IMG/VR virus record: IMGVR_UViG_3300042502_001136
Location: 19,239 to 83,238 of that record
Strand: one strand, 5' to 3'
DNA: 64,000 bases
Origin: a virus
Shown: positions 40,342-50,427 of the stretch, one piece after another
How positions within the stretch are numbered: the stretch's first letter is position 1
How the letters are laid out: each line of letters begins with the position of its first letter
Translations under genes and position numbers: made by a program
Notes under the pieces: model-generated
The model's database searches: none
What the model saw: the letters and a program-made list of their open reading frames with translations, nothing else
What the model was told of the DNA's origin: nothing

Positions 40342-41475
40342 ATGATAAACTTAAAGTTACTCCCTACTTTAACAAAACCATACTTATTAGAGAGGGTAAG
40401 TCAAGAGGAAATAATGTTATATTATATAGGTATTCCTGTTAATACACAAACATTAGAAGGCAGTTCCTTTTTATCTCCATTTAGAAGTGAAAATAACCCT
40501 GATAAAAATCCAACTTGTAATTATTATTATAGTGAAAATGGTAAACTACGAATCAAAGATTGGAATGGTTCTTTTCATGGAGATATATTTGATGTTGCAT
40601 CTTGGGCAACAAAAATTAATAGTAAAACATCTCAAGGTTTTAAACTATTATTAAACAAAATTGCTTATGATTTTAAAGTACATAAATATAGTGTTGATGA
40701 AGAAAGAAAAAAATTCAATATTCTTTATAAACAACATATTACTACTAAAGAATTAAAAGTATTTAAAGTTATACCAAGACCATTTAATAAATTTGATGGT
40801 AAAACTTGGTATGATAGATGGGAAATTTCTAGTAGTTTACTTAAATTAGGAAAAGTTATTCCTGTACAAGAACTACAAGTAGAAGGAAACGATGGGTATC
40901 TTCATACTAAATATGTATATAATTCTTATAATCCTGGATATGCTTATTATGGAGGAGAAATAAATGGAATTATATTATGGAAAGTTTACTTTCCTCTTAC
41001 TAAAGATAAGAACAAAAAATTTATTACTAATTATTCTTTTATTCAAGGACTAAATCTATTAGTACCTGCTAGAGTAATTGTAATCACTAAATCTTTTAAA
41101 GATGTATTATGTTTTAGAGTATTTGGAATTGTAGCTATTTGTGTACCTTCTGAAACTTATGTAATTTCTAAGGAAATTATGTTTAAGTTAAAAAGCTATG
41201 CAGATATAGTAGTTACTAATTTTGATTACGATAAAACAGGTATATTACTTGCTAATAAATATAAGAGAGTACATAATTGTTATCCTATTATGTTTACTCG
41301 TGGTAGATTTAATCAACCTGATTTTGGAGTTAAAGATTTTACAGAGTTCCGAGAAACATACGGAACAGAAAAAACAAAAGCATTAATAATTAATACTTTT
41401 GATAAATACAAAGAATTATTCACATACATCGATAACCTAAACAAACAAGCAATAAAATGGATAGAGCCGAATTAG
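40342..41475 (+). CDS. crAss-type DnaG-family primase
   Basis: SPFR...DKNPTC, KD.NG...GDIFD, ITKSFKDV, FDYD.TG TOPRIM, KDFTE. Confidence 0.85.
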   Translation: MINLKLLPTLTKPYLLERVSQEEIMLYYIGIPVNTQTLEGSSFLSPFRSENNPDKNPTCNYYYSENGKLRIKDWNGSFHGDIFDVASWATKINSKTSQGFKLLLNKIAYDFKVHKYSVDEERKKFNILYKQHITTKELKVFKVIPRPFNKFDGKTWYDRWEISSSLLKLGKVIPVQELQVEGNDGYLHTKYVYNSYNPGYAYYGGEINGIILWKVYFPLTKDKNKKFITNYSFIQGLNLLVPARVIVITKSFKDVLCFRVFGIVAICVPSETYVISKEIMFKLKSYADIVVTNFDYDKTGILLANKYKRVHNCYPIMFTRGRFNQPDFGVKDFTEFRETYGTEKTKALIINTFDKYKELFTYIDNLNKQAIKWIEPN

Positions 41476-41963
41476 ATAAAATTAATAATTTTAACTTAAA
41501 TCAAGTTAAAAAAACTTCAGTAATAATTCTTAAGAAAAAAGTAAGTGAATTTAGAACAATCTATTACGTAGTAGTTAGTGCTACAGAAAAAGAAATAGAA
41601 GATACTAAAAGAGCTAAAGCTTTAACAGAAGGAACACTAATGGTATTAAAAGATAATAATCTTATTACTCTTAGAGAAGAGGTTAAAACTGTTGTATTCT
41701 TAGGAGAATTAGAAAATTATTATCCTAATGATGAAATTGTATATAAATTTCCAAAAAGAAAAGTAGATATACGAGAAAATAAACCTGATTACTATAGAGA
41801 TTATAGTAAAACTCTTGAACAACAAAAAAATAGTATGTGGTTAGTTAATACTGCTCCTAGTCTTAGACATTGTTGGGAATCTATTATTAGAAAATGTAAT
41901 AGTAAATACGGATTAATTCTAGAAATTGTAATAAAGAATGAGAATAATACTAGAAACAGTTAA
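41457..41963 (+). CDS. Hypothetical protein
   Basis: ORF track. Confidence 0.6.
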   Translation: MDRAELDKINNFNLNQVKKTSVIILKKKVSEFRTIYYVVVSATEKEIEDTKRAKALTEGTLMVLKDNNLITLREEVKTVVFLGELENYYPNDEIVYKFPKRKVDIRENKPDYYRDYSKTLEQQKNSMWLVNTAPSLRHCWESIIRKCNSKYGLILEIVIKNENNTRNS

Positions 41964-42291
41964 TAATGGAGTAATATCTATTATTATTGACAGAGATTTT
42001 AATTATACTAATTTAGCTATTATTAAAAATCAAACAGAATTTATTTATATTGATAGAATTAAAAAATCATCAAAAGAAATAAGAGAAAAAGTAAATCTTT
42101 TAATAAAAAAATTTGATGTTAGACTAATTACAGAACTTGATAGTCTATTTGCTAATACTCAAACTCTTCAAAGAATTCATTATGATAATGAAATTGAAAA
42201 ATTAAAATTAAAAGATAATTGTGGTATTAATAAAGAAGATAAAGAAGAGAGAGTTCTTAGATTTACTGCTTTTAATAAAATTTATAATTAA
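41938..42291 (+). CDS. Hypothetical protein
   Basis: ORF track. Confidence 0.55.
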   Translation: MRIILETVNNGVISIIIDRDFNYTNLAIIKNQTEFIYIDRIKKSSKEIREKVNLLIKKFDVRLITELDSLFANTQTLQRIHYDNEIEKLKLKDNCGINKEDKEERVLRFTAFNKIYN

Positions 42292-42298
42292 ATAACTA

Positions 42299-42538
42299 AT
42301 GAAAAATACAGCACTTTATGAAGGAAATGTTGTTGAACTTAAAAAAGATGTAAAAGGAACTTCAGAAAGTACTACGTTTACATTAGGAGAAATTGATGTT
42401 ATTACTACTATAAATATAAATACTACTTCTGATACAACTGGTATTGAAGTAGTATTTGTTAGTGGTAAAGTTTTAAATCAACAAGATGCAACAAATTATA
42501 GTAGTTGGTTGCATAGACACTTTAAATTAACAATCTAA
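42299..42538 (+). CDS. Hypothetical protein
   Basis: ORF track. Confidence 0.55.
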   Translation: MKNTALYEGNVVELKKDVKGTSESTTFTLGEIDVITTININTTSDTTGIEVVFVSGKVLNQQDATNYSSWLHRHFKLTI

Positions 42539-42549
42539 AACCATAATTA

Positions 42550-43842
42550 ATGGAAAAGCTATATAAAAAAGATAGTAAAGGTAAAATACTTGAATGGTCA
42601 GCTGAATATGAACACACTTCAAATGGTGTTGATATTCATCTATATTCAGGTGAAATAAACGGAAAAATTACAAAGACTGTAAGAGCCGGAATTAAAGGAA
42701 AAAACATAGGAAAATCTAATGAAACTTCTCCTTTAACCCAAGCAGTTAATGAAATTGAAAGTTTATATAAAAGAAAAAAAGATTTAGGATATAAATCTCT
42801 TATAGATTTAAATTATAATTTTGGTAATGGTTTTGATACTGTTATGTCTATAAGTGATTTTCTTAATCAAACACTAACAAAAGATACTACTGATGCTGCT
42901 GGTAATCTTAAACCAATGAAAGCACAACAATATTATCGTAGTAAAAAAGATTGGGTTGATAATCAAGGTAATATATGGAAAGATAGAAAATACTTTTATT
43001 TACTTAACCCATATGAAAGAAAAGAAAGAGGAGCAATAATTATAGGTTTTCCTTGTCTTATTCAACCTAAAATTAATGGTGTAAGATGCACTATTAGTTT
43101 AGATGAAAATAATAATGTTCAGATTCTTAGTAAAGAGGGTAAACGTTATAATCTTCCCCATATAGAGGAAGTGTTCGTTCAGTACAAATCAATATTTACC
43201 GTATATAAAGAAGATGAACAAGAAGAAATTTTCTTTGATGGTGAATTATATATTCATGGTGAAAAATTACAAGTAATAAGTAGTGCAGTTAAAGCACCAA
43301 ATTTAGATACAAGTAGAGTTAAATTTGTTTGTTTTGATTTAGGTACAACATTATTTAGTAATTTAAAAAGAATACAATTAATGAAACAGTTAATAACTCA
43401 ATTAACTTCTCATATAATTGATGCTTCAGTAGAATATTTAGCTACATATCGTGTTGGTTCTGATGCAATTGTACAAAGTATGACTGATAAGTTTATTGAA
43501 CAAGGTTATGAAGGTTCAATATTAAGAGAAGAATTTGGTGTATATGCTTTTGGTAAAAGACCTATGTCAATGGTTAAACTTAAAAGAGTTATGGATACTG
43601 AATTTTTAATTGTTGATATTATACCACAAGAAAAAGATAATAATCTAGGATTATATGTATGTAGAACTTCTGAAGGTAAAGAATTTAATGTTACTCCTAC
43701 TGGTAATAATGAATTCAAAAGTTTAATATTATTTCAAAAACATCTTTATATAGGTAAAATGTTAACTTGTAAATTTTATGAATATACAGAAGCAGGAATA
43801 CCTTTTCATGTATTAGATAATATTGTAAGAGATTATGAATAA
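42550..43842 (+). CDS. ATP-dependent DNA ligase
   Basis: QPKINGVRC (KxNG), FDGELY, CFD, GYEGSILR, VKLK; WGR-like N-terminus. Confidence 0.92.
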   Translation: MEKLYKKDSKGKILEWSAEYEHTSNGVDIHLYSGEINGKITKTVRAGIKGKNIGKSNETSPLTQAVNEIESLYKRKKDLGYKSLIDLNYNFGNGFDTVMSISDFLNQTLTKDTTDAAGNLKPMKAQQYYRSKKDWVDNQGNIWKDRKYFYLLNPYERKERGAIIIGFPCLIQPKINGVRCTISLDENNNVQILSKEGKRYNLPHIEEVFVQYKSIFTVYKEDEQEEIFFDGELYIHGEKLQVISSAVKAPNLDTSRVKFVCFDLGTTLFSNLKRIQLMKQLITQLTSHIIDASVEYLATYRVGSDAIVQSMTDKFIEQGYEGSILREEFGVYAFGKRPMSMVKLKRVMDTEFLIVDIIPQEKDNNLGLYVCRTSEGKEFNVTPTGNNEFKSLILFQKHLYIGKMLTCKFYEYTEAGIPFHVLDNIVRDYE

Positions 43843-44914
43843 TAAAAGTATAAAAATAGTTAATTACGGTATAGGAGAAAATTATCTTAAAGATTGGGGT
43901 ATTCAAGAGGCTCTTAGAGAAATATATCAAAACTTTATTGATTATGGTAGCTTTAAACAAAAGATTGAAGTAGATGCTAGTAAAACAGTAACAACTATTA
44001 CTCTTAGTAATGATTTTAAACCTAATGATTATTCTTTTCTTAAAATAGGAGAATCACAAAAAGTTGATAAAGAAAATTCAATAGGTCAACACGGAGAAGG
44101 ACTTAAAATGGCTTTTCTTATATTTCTTAGACTTGGTTATTGTATCAAACTTAAAGCTAATAACCATGAAATAAAACCTATTTGGCAAAAACAACCTATA
44201 TTAGGTACTACATTAGCTTTAAGATTTGCCCCTTTTGATTTAAATGATGATTTTTATATTAAATTTACTATACTTAAATCTGACTTTGATTATTTTAATA
44301 ATAATTTAATTAAAAAGAAAGATATAGTATATTCACATTCTTTTCATGGTGATATAGTAGATAAACCAATAGGTAATATTTATTCAGGTAAATTATTTGT
44401 ATGTAATCTTAAAAACATTAAAAAATCTTATAATCTTCCACCTGCTAGACTTAAATTAGATAGAGATAGAAAAGTACCAGGAAGTTTTGAGGTTAGTTAT
44501 CATACTTCTAAAATTAATGAAGCACAAGCAGAAATTAATTTTGTAGACCAAAATTATGATGATTTTAGACACGTAAGTAGTATTCCTCGTACTTATTATC
44601 CTTCTATTAGAGCTAAAGCAGTAGGAGAAAATGTAGAATTTATTGCAAAAGTGATAGATAAAGAAACTAACGAAACTAAAGAAGTTCTTATTACTAATCA
44701 AAGTATAAAAGAACATCTTAAACAACAAAGTTTCTTTCAAAAAGCAATTAATGGTATTAAAAATTTTATAGCTTCTAAATTTGGTATTAAAGAATTATTA
44801 ATTAAATTTAGAAATAATCATTGTTACAGTGATGAAGCTAAAAGAGATTTTGATATTATATTAATTAAATTAGGTATTACATTAGATAATACTCAAGAAG
44901 ATTTTCCTTTTTAA
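43835..44914 (+). CDS. GHKL (HATPase_c) ATPase
   Basis: W...ALREIYQNFID, IGESQK, IGQHGEGLKMA. Confidence 0.8.
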   Translation: MNNKSIKIVNYGIGENYLKDWGIQEALREIYQNFIDYGSFKQKIEVDASKTVTTITLSNDFKPNDYSFLKIGESQKVDKENSIGQHGEGLKMAFLIFLRLGYCIKLKANNHEIKPIWQKQPILGTTLALRFAPFDLNDDFYIKFTILKSDFDYFNNNLIKKKDIVYSHSFHGDIVDKPIGNIYSGKLFVCNLKNIKKSYNLPPARLKLDRDRKVPGSFEVSYHTSKINEAQAEINFVDQNYDDFRHVSSIPRTYYPSIRAKAVGENVEFIAKVIDKETNETKEVLITNQSIKEHLKQQSFFQKAINGIKNFIASKFGIKELLIKFRNNHCYSDEAKRDFDIILIKLGITLDNTQEDFPF

Positions 44915-45774
44915 TGATACAAAATAAACAACTTAAAGTATTAACAATAAAACCTAGTGGTAGAAGTAGTGACTTTATTAGTCCTTCTTTTGCCACTGGT
45001 TGTTTGTTAGAATGTTTATATTGTTATATGAAACGTAATACTCCTAATGGGGTTACTTTTTATAACAATACAGATGAAATTCTATTAGCTATAGATAAAC
45101 ATAGTAAAAAGAGTAAAATAATTAAACCTAATCAAACTGATGAAAAATATATAACTTATGATATAAGTTGTAATGAAGATTTTGGATTACATTTACCTCA
45201 TCATAATTGGGAACAAATATTTACATTTTTTAAACAACATCCTAGAGCTAAAGCTACATTTGCTACTAAAGTAATTCCTAAAGCATTATTAAAATTTAAT
45301 CCTAATGGTAAAGTTAGAATTAGATTTAGTCTTATGCCTCAAAGACTTTCTGATATACTTGAACCTAAATCAACTAAAATATCAGATAGAATTAAAGCTA
45401 TTAATACATTTATTGAAGCAGGTTATGATGTTCACGTTAATTATAGTCCTGTTATATTATATGCAGGTTGGGTAATAGATTACTATAAATTATTTAAAGA
45501 AATTAATATAGTAGTTAAAGATGAATATAAAAATAGAGTAAAATCTGAAGTTATATTTCTTACTCATAACAAAGAAAAGCATTATAAAAATATGCTTATT
45601 AATCCTAAAGGTGAAGAACTTCTTTGGCAACCACATTTACAAGAAGAAAAAGTATCTCAATATGGTGGTAATAATATTAGATATAAAGCAGGTCTTAAAG
45701 CTGAATATATCGAACAATTTAAAACATTACATAGTGACGTTATTGATTGGAACACGATAAGATATATCTTTTAA
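44914..45774 (+). CDS. Spore photoproduct lyase family radical SAM enzyme
   Basis: GCLLECLYCY (CxxxCxxC), YDISCNEDF, FATK, RIRFSLMP, VHVNYSPVI. Confidence 0.85.
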   Translation: MIQNKQLKVLTIKPSGRSSDFISPSFATGCLLECLYCYMKRNTPNGVTFYNNTDEILLAIDKHSKKSKIIKPNQTDEKYITYDISCNEDFGLHLPHHNWEQIFTFFKQHPRAKATFATKVIPKALLKFNPNGKVRIRFSLMPQRLSDILEPKSTKISDRIKAINTFIEAGYDVHVNYSPVILYAGWVIDYYKLFKEINIVVKDEYKNRVKSEVIFLTHNKEKHYKNMLINPKGEELLWQPHLQEEKVSQYGGNNIRYKAGLKAEYIEQFKTLHSDVIDWNTIRYIF

Positions 45775-45873
45775 AGGCTCGTACACGCACACAAGTCAAA
45801 CCAAACCTATCTTCTATTGGGGAACATACTAGAATACCAAAATACTATTTCGATTGAATACAGCCCTTTAAAA
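45769..45873. repeat. ~105-bp element with imperfect terminal inverted arms around the dispersed motif
   Basis: ttttaaaggctcgta ... tacagccctttaaaa flank TCTATTGGGGAA (45813). Confidence 0.65.
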
Positions 45874-45893
45874 TAACTCAAAATTTTAACATT

Positions 45894-46499
45894 ATGCCGG
45901 AAAATAATGAATTTGATGATAATCACGTATTTGAATTTGAACAAGAAGAAGAACAAGAACAAATATCAGGTGATGGATTACAAAAAATGGTAAATCTATA
46001 TGATGTAGACCATAATATTGTATCAGGTAATTTAGTAGAATCACTTAAAAGTGGTCAATTAAATCCTATACAGTTTCATTTATCTTTGAAAAGAATGGAG
46101 AAAATAATTGAATTAGTAGGAAAGAATACTGCTGCTAAAGATGTTATTATGGAAGAAGTTAGAAAAAACTTATCAGGTAATGTTAAAACTGTTAAAATGT
46201 ATGGAGCTTCATTATCAGTAGCTGCTACATATACTTGGTATGATTTTGCTAATTGTAATGATATTTATTTAGAAAGACTTAAAGAAATTAAGGATGAAGT
46301 TGATGCTCTTATTAAAAACAGAGAAGATGAACTAAAACTTCTTATACCTAAAGATAATTTCTTAGGTCTTGCAACTGCTACTAAAGTTATTGATAGATTA
46401 CCTAGTTTAACATGGACTGAATTAGGACAAGATTGTGTTGTTAGTCCTCCTGTTAAAATACAAAAAGAAGGAGTTAAAGTTTCATTTGATAAAAATTAA
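45894..46499 (+). CDS. Hypothetical protein
   Basis: ORF track; YDF.NC.D motif. Confidence 0.7.
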   Translation: MPENNEFDDNHVFEFEQEEEQEQISGDGLQKMVNLYDVDHNIVSGNLVESLKSGQLNPIQFHLSLKRMEKIIELVGKNTAAKDVIMEEVRKNLSGNVKTVKMYGASLSVAATYTWYDFANCNDIYLERLKEIKDEVDALIKNREDELKLLIPKDNFLGLATATKVIDRLPSLTWTELGQDCVVSPPVKIQKEGVKVSFDKN

Positions 46500-46504
46500 A
46501 TTAT

Positions 46505-47140
46505 ATGAGAGTTATTAATGAAGAATTTCCATTAACTATAGAAGAAGCTAAATCTTTTGGTTATGGAGTAAATTACATAGATAAAGTTAAAGAATTTATG
46601 ACTTTATTCGGACAACCTGTAGTAGATAAACCTGCTATTATGCCTGAAGATAGAAATAAATTACGTATTGCTTTAATTTTTGAAGAACTTAAAGAATATG
46701 CAGAAGCTAGTGGATTGAGAGGGTATTTTAATACTTTATGTGAAGAAGCTGAAGGAGAATATGAATTAATTACTAATTTAGAAGACGATGAACCACCTTA
46801 TATTGAAAAACCTATTGATATAATTGGACAATTTGATGCTTTACTTGATTTACAATATGTACTATCAGGTGCTGTAATTGAAAACGGTTTTACTAATATC
46901 TTTGATGAAGGATTTAATGAAGTTCATAGAAGTAATATGAGTAAAATTTGTAAAGATGAAAAAGAAGCAGAGCAAACTATTGAAAAATATAGTAATGAAC
47001 AAATTGAAGTGTATGCTGAACCTTGTGCACATGATGATAATGCTATTCTTATTAAAAAAAGAGGAAGTGATAAAGTACTTAAATCTATTAACTACTCTCC
47101 TGCTAATTTAGAACCAATTATTAATAAACATGATGAATAA
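46505..47140 (+). CDS. MazG-like/PRA-PH all-alpha NTP pyrophosphohydrolase
   Basis: V.EF...FGQP, LIFEELKE, DALLDLQYV, EVHRSNMSK, KVLKS..Y. Confidence 0.88.
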   Translation: MRVINEEFPLTIEEAKSFGYGVNYIDKVKEFMTLFGQPVVDKPAIMPEDRNKLRIALIFEELKEYAEASGLRGYFNTLCEEAEGEYELITNLEDDEPPYIEKPIDIIGQFDALLDLQYVLSGAVIENGFTNIFDEGFNEVHRSNMSKICKDEKEAEQTIEKYSNEQIEVYAEPCAHDDNAILIKKRGSDKVLKSINYSPANLEPIINKHDE

Positions 47141-47360
47141 TATAACAAAACAATTAGAGAATATTATATTTATACTATTGTTGCAATTATTCTTATCTTT
47201 TTTATTTGGAGTTGGATTACATTTAATTACTTGTTTAATTAATAATAATAATGTATTTTTATATAAAGATGAAATATATAAATACACTGCTATAACTTTA
47301 ATAGGAACTTGGGTAACAACAATATTAATATTAATTGTAAATAAAAGAACAAAAAAATGA
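47130..47360 (+). CDS. Two-TM membrane protein
   Basis: Hydrophobic ORF overlapping neighbours. Confidence 0.55.
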   Translation: MMNNITKQLENIIFILLLQLFLSFLFGVGLHLITCLINNNNVFLYKDEIYKYTAITLIGTWVTTILILIVNKRTKK

Positions 47361-48391
47361 TACAAGCAAAAGTAGTAGCTGACTCAATTTGTCCTAAAGG
47401 ACACCGATTAACAACTTTAGAAATAGTATTACCTCGATATATATTAGCAGAACTTAATACTCATAGAGTACTAAGTAAAAATAGTGCTAGTAGTAGAGCT
47501 ATTCCATTTAAAAAGATGATTAGAGAAGTAAAAGCTAATCCTTTTATTCCTTATGCTTTTCAAAAAGACCATTCAGGTATGCAAGGTACTGAATATATTG
47601 ATAATCCTGAAGATTTAAGAGATGTTAAATTTGCATGGTTAAAAGCCTTAGATTTAGCAGTAATGAGTGCTGAACTTCTTAATGATGGATTTAATGTTAC
47701 TAAACAATTAGCTAATAGAATAATTGAACCATTTATGTGGCATAAAGTTCTTATTAGTGGTACTGAATGGGAAAATTTCTTTAATTTAAGATGTCCTCAA
47801 TATAAAATACATCAAGGTACATATAAAAGTAGAAAAGAAGCTTTAAAATATGCTTTATCTAATGGAGAATTAAAACATTGGACTATTTTAGATTGGTTAA
47901 TTGTAAATGAAGGACAAGCTGATATTCATATGATGTTTCTTGCAGAATCTATTTATGATGCTATTAATGAAAGTACTCCTGTAAATTTAAAAGAAGGAGA
48001 ATGGCATATTCCTTATGGAGATTTAATAGACTTTACTTCTAAAGAATATTCAGAAGCTGTAGATGATAATACAGATTTAACTTGGCAAGATTATGCTATT
48101 AGAATAGGTATTGCTCGTTGTGCTAGACTTTCATATCAAACATTAGGAGATAATCCTGTTATTGATTATAAGAAAGATTTAGAACTTTATGAAGTTCTTA
48201 GTAAATCAGGACATTGGAGTCCTTTTGAACATGTTGCTAAAGTTATGACTACACAAGAATATGAACTTAATGTTAAGGGTGAATTAAAATGGACAGGAGG
48301 ACAATATGATAAACCTTTACCAGTAGATAATGCACAAGGTTGGTGTAGAAACTTTAGAGGATTTATTCAACAACGAGCTTTAATTGATTAA
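47357..48391 (+). CDS. thyX: Flavin-dependent thymidylate synthase (phage type)
   Basis: PRYILAELNTHR.LSKNSASSRAIP, KQLANR..EP, NFF.LR, ARCARLSY, GHWSPFEH. Confidence 0.88.
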   Translation: MIQAKVVADSICPKGHRLTTLEIVLPRYILAELNTHRVLSKNSASSRAIPFKKMIREVKANPFIPYAFQKDHSGMQGTEYIDNPEDLRDVKFAWLKALDLAVMSAELLNDGFNVTKQLANRIIEPFMWHKVLISGTEWENFFNLRCPQYKIHQGTYKSRKEALKYALSNGELKHWTILDWLIVNEGQADIHMMFLAESIYDAINESTPVNLKEGEWHIPYGDLIDFTSKEYSEAVDDNTDLTWQDYAIRIGIARCARLSYQTLGDNPVIDYKKDLELYEVLSKSGHWSPFEHVAKVMTTQEYELNVKGELKWTGGQYDKPLPVDNAQGWCRNFRGFIQQRALID

Positions 48392-48392
48392 C

Positions 48393-48542
48393 ATGATATT
48401 AATTCCAATAGTAGCAAAGTCTTTATTTATTAAGGACTTTGCTTTAGTTGAAGGTAAAGATTGGATAGAACATTATTATAAAGAACAATGTGCTATTAAA
48501 GAATTGTATGGTATTAAAAGTAGTATTAAATTTATTAACTAA
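48393..48542 (+). CDS. Small hypothetical protein (49 aa, not in ORF track)
   Basis: MILIPIVAKSLF..., 1 nt after thyX stop; contains hairpin 48413-48443. Confidence 0.4.
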   Translation: MILIPIVAKSLFIKDFALVEGKDWIEHYYKEQCAIKELYGIKSSIKFIN

Positions 48543-48561
48543 ATTTATTAACTAAATAATT

Positions 48562-48816
48562 ATGAAAATAGAACAAAATACAAAAAGTGAAGATATACAT
48601 ATTTATTCTGTTGGTCTTGTTGTTCTTTATTCTGTTTATGGCAGCTTATTAGAACTTAGACAAGAAACAACAGAAACTTCTACATTTAAAATAAGTGTAT
48701 TAGACCAAGACATTGATAAAGAAACTGATGGTTATAGTATAGAATTTTGTTCATCTAATGAATTAATTAAAATAATTGAAGATTTTAAAAAGAAATTAAA
48801 TAATAGTAAAAAATGA
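48562..48816 (+). CDS. Hypothetical protein
   Basis: ORF track. Confidence 0.55.
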   Translation: MKIEQNTKSEDIHIYSVGLVVLYSVYGSLLELRQETTETSTFKISVLDQDIDKETDGYSIEFCSSNELIKIIEDFKKKLNNSKK

Positions 48817-49277
48817 ATAAAATATTAATAACTCTTGTATTTAAAGGAGAAGATGATTGGAGTAGACCAGTTTTTAAACATATTCATGCTAATATTTATT
48901 TTGGTAGTACTAATATACTAATACCTAATAAAGAACTAGGATTGATAAACGAAGAAAGTATTGTTAAATATTTTAATGAAAATATAGAACAAATAGAATA
49001 TTTTGGTAGTCAATTTAATTGTGAACCTAATGGGGGAGCAATAAGAGAAAACTATGAATTAATAATTATAACTAATAAAGAAGCTAAAGAAAGAAGAGCT
49101 TTATTAGATAAAAATGTTAAAGGATTAGAAACTCATAAATATGCTCCAGAGTTAAACAGATTAGTATTAATTAATACAGCTGAATATAAAGTTAATGGTA
49201 TTACTGATTTAAAAGATGCAGTTGATTATGTATTTAGAAGTATTAGATGGGAACAATTAAAACTTAATTTAAAGTAA
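48813..49277 (+). CDS. Hypothetical protein
   Basis: F.G.DDWSRPVFK ... FG..F.CEP.G. Confidence 0.65.
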   Translation: MNKILITLVFKGEDDWSRPVFKHIHANIYFGSTNILIPNKELGLINEESIVKYFNENIEQIEYFGSQFNCEPNGGAIRENYELIIITNKEAKERRALLDKNVKGLETHKYAPELNRLVLINTAEYKVNGITDLKDAVDYVFRSIRWEQLKLNLK

Positions 49278-49465
49278 TGAAAGTATCTGATAATATTAAA
49301 AGAGAACAAAGAAAAATATTAAAACATTATAGAGATACTTTAGATAAAAGAGATATGTCTATAAATGTTATAACATTAACAAAACATAGTAAAAATCATA
49401 TTGATAGAATTATATTTGTTGTACATCAACCAGTAAGAATTATATCAATGAATAATCATAAGTAA
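49277..49465 (+). CDS. Hypothetical protein
   Basis: ORF track. Confidence 0.5.
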   Translation: MKVSDNIKREQRKILKHYRDTLDKRDMSINVITLTKHSKNHIDRIIFVVHQPVRIISMNNHK

Positions 49466-49478
49466 TTATGTTAATAAT

Positions 49479-49560
49479 AATAACTGTTAAAATTTAGTTA
49501 AATTAATCGGAATAACTGATAAAATTTATTTATCTTTGTCAGAATAACTGATAAAATTTA
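49479..49560 (+). promoter_or_regulatory. TAnnTTTG promoter overlaid by three 18-bp direct repeats
   Basis: AATAACTG(T/A)TAAAATTTA at 49479, 49511, 49543; TATCTTTG at 49531. Confidence 0.75.
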
Positions 49561-49565
49561 AAAAT

Positions 49566-50426
49566 ATGACAACAAAAATTTATGTACTTAAATGTCCTAA
49601 TACTAATGAAATTAAATATGTAGGAAAAACTAATAATCCTGAACAAAGACTAAAAGCTCATAATAATAAAACTAGAGATTTAGGAACTCATAAAAGAAAT
49701 TGGATTAATAAATTAAGAGAAGAAAAAAAGAAACCTATATTTGAAATTATAGAGGAAGTACCTATAGAACTTTGGCAAGAAAAAGAAAAATATTGGATTG
49801 AATATTATATTAATATTGGATGTAAATTAGTAAATAATATAAATTCTATAGGAAAAGGGTTAACTTTTGGAAATAAAACTTCTTTTAATGGAAGTAATGC
49901 TAGACCGATAATTGCTTTAGATAAAACTGGAGAATTTTTTGCTTCTTTTAATAGTATTAAAGAAGCAGAAGAAATTATAGGTAAAAAAGGAATTGAATCT
50001 GTATTAGCTAAAATAACTAAAACAGCAGGAAATTATATTTGGTTATACGAAGAAGATTATTATCAATTATCTTTAGAAGAAATTAATAATATTATATTAA
50101 ATGCAAATGATAATTCTTTAAAAGGCTTAAAAGGAAAAAGATTTGAAGAAGGACATATTGCTTGGAATAAAGGTAAAAAAGGTAAACTAAAACCAGATAA
50201 ACATGTATTTCAATATTCAGGTTTAACAGGAGAATTAATTAAAGAATGGAATACCGCAAAAGAAGCAGGAGTAACATTAAAAATTAATGTAGAAGGAATA
50301 GGACAAGCTTGTAGAGGAACAGCTAAAACAGCTGGAGGATATTGTTGGTCTTATAATAAATTAGAAAAATATATAATAACTTATGGTAATAAAGCTAATA
50401 CATTATCAATTAAAAATTTAAAATAA
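49566..50426 (+). mobile_element. Free-standing GIY-YIG homing endonuclease with NUMOD1/NUMOD3-type DNA-binding modules
   Basis: KIYVL..P.....YVGKT....RL..H, E.YWI; two F.S.KEA......TAGxY.W.Y repeats; AWNKGK. Confidence 0.88.
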
Positions 50427-50427
50427 T

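Noticed and set aside
48413-48553. Hairpin agcaaagtcttta/taaggactttgct and 13-bp tandem duplication aaatttattaact
   Set aside because: The hairpin lacks a clear U-tract and lies in a small ORF; the duplication is low complexity; no function supportable.
49479-49560. CRISPR mini-array
   Set aside because: 18-bp repeats with 14-bp spacers are too short, there are no cas genes, and they overlap a promoter.
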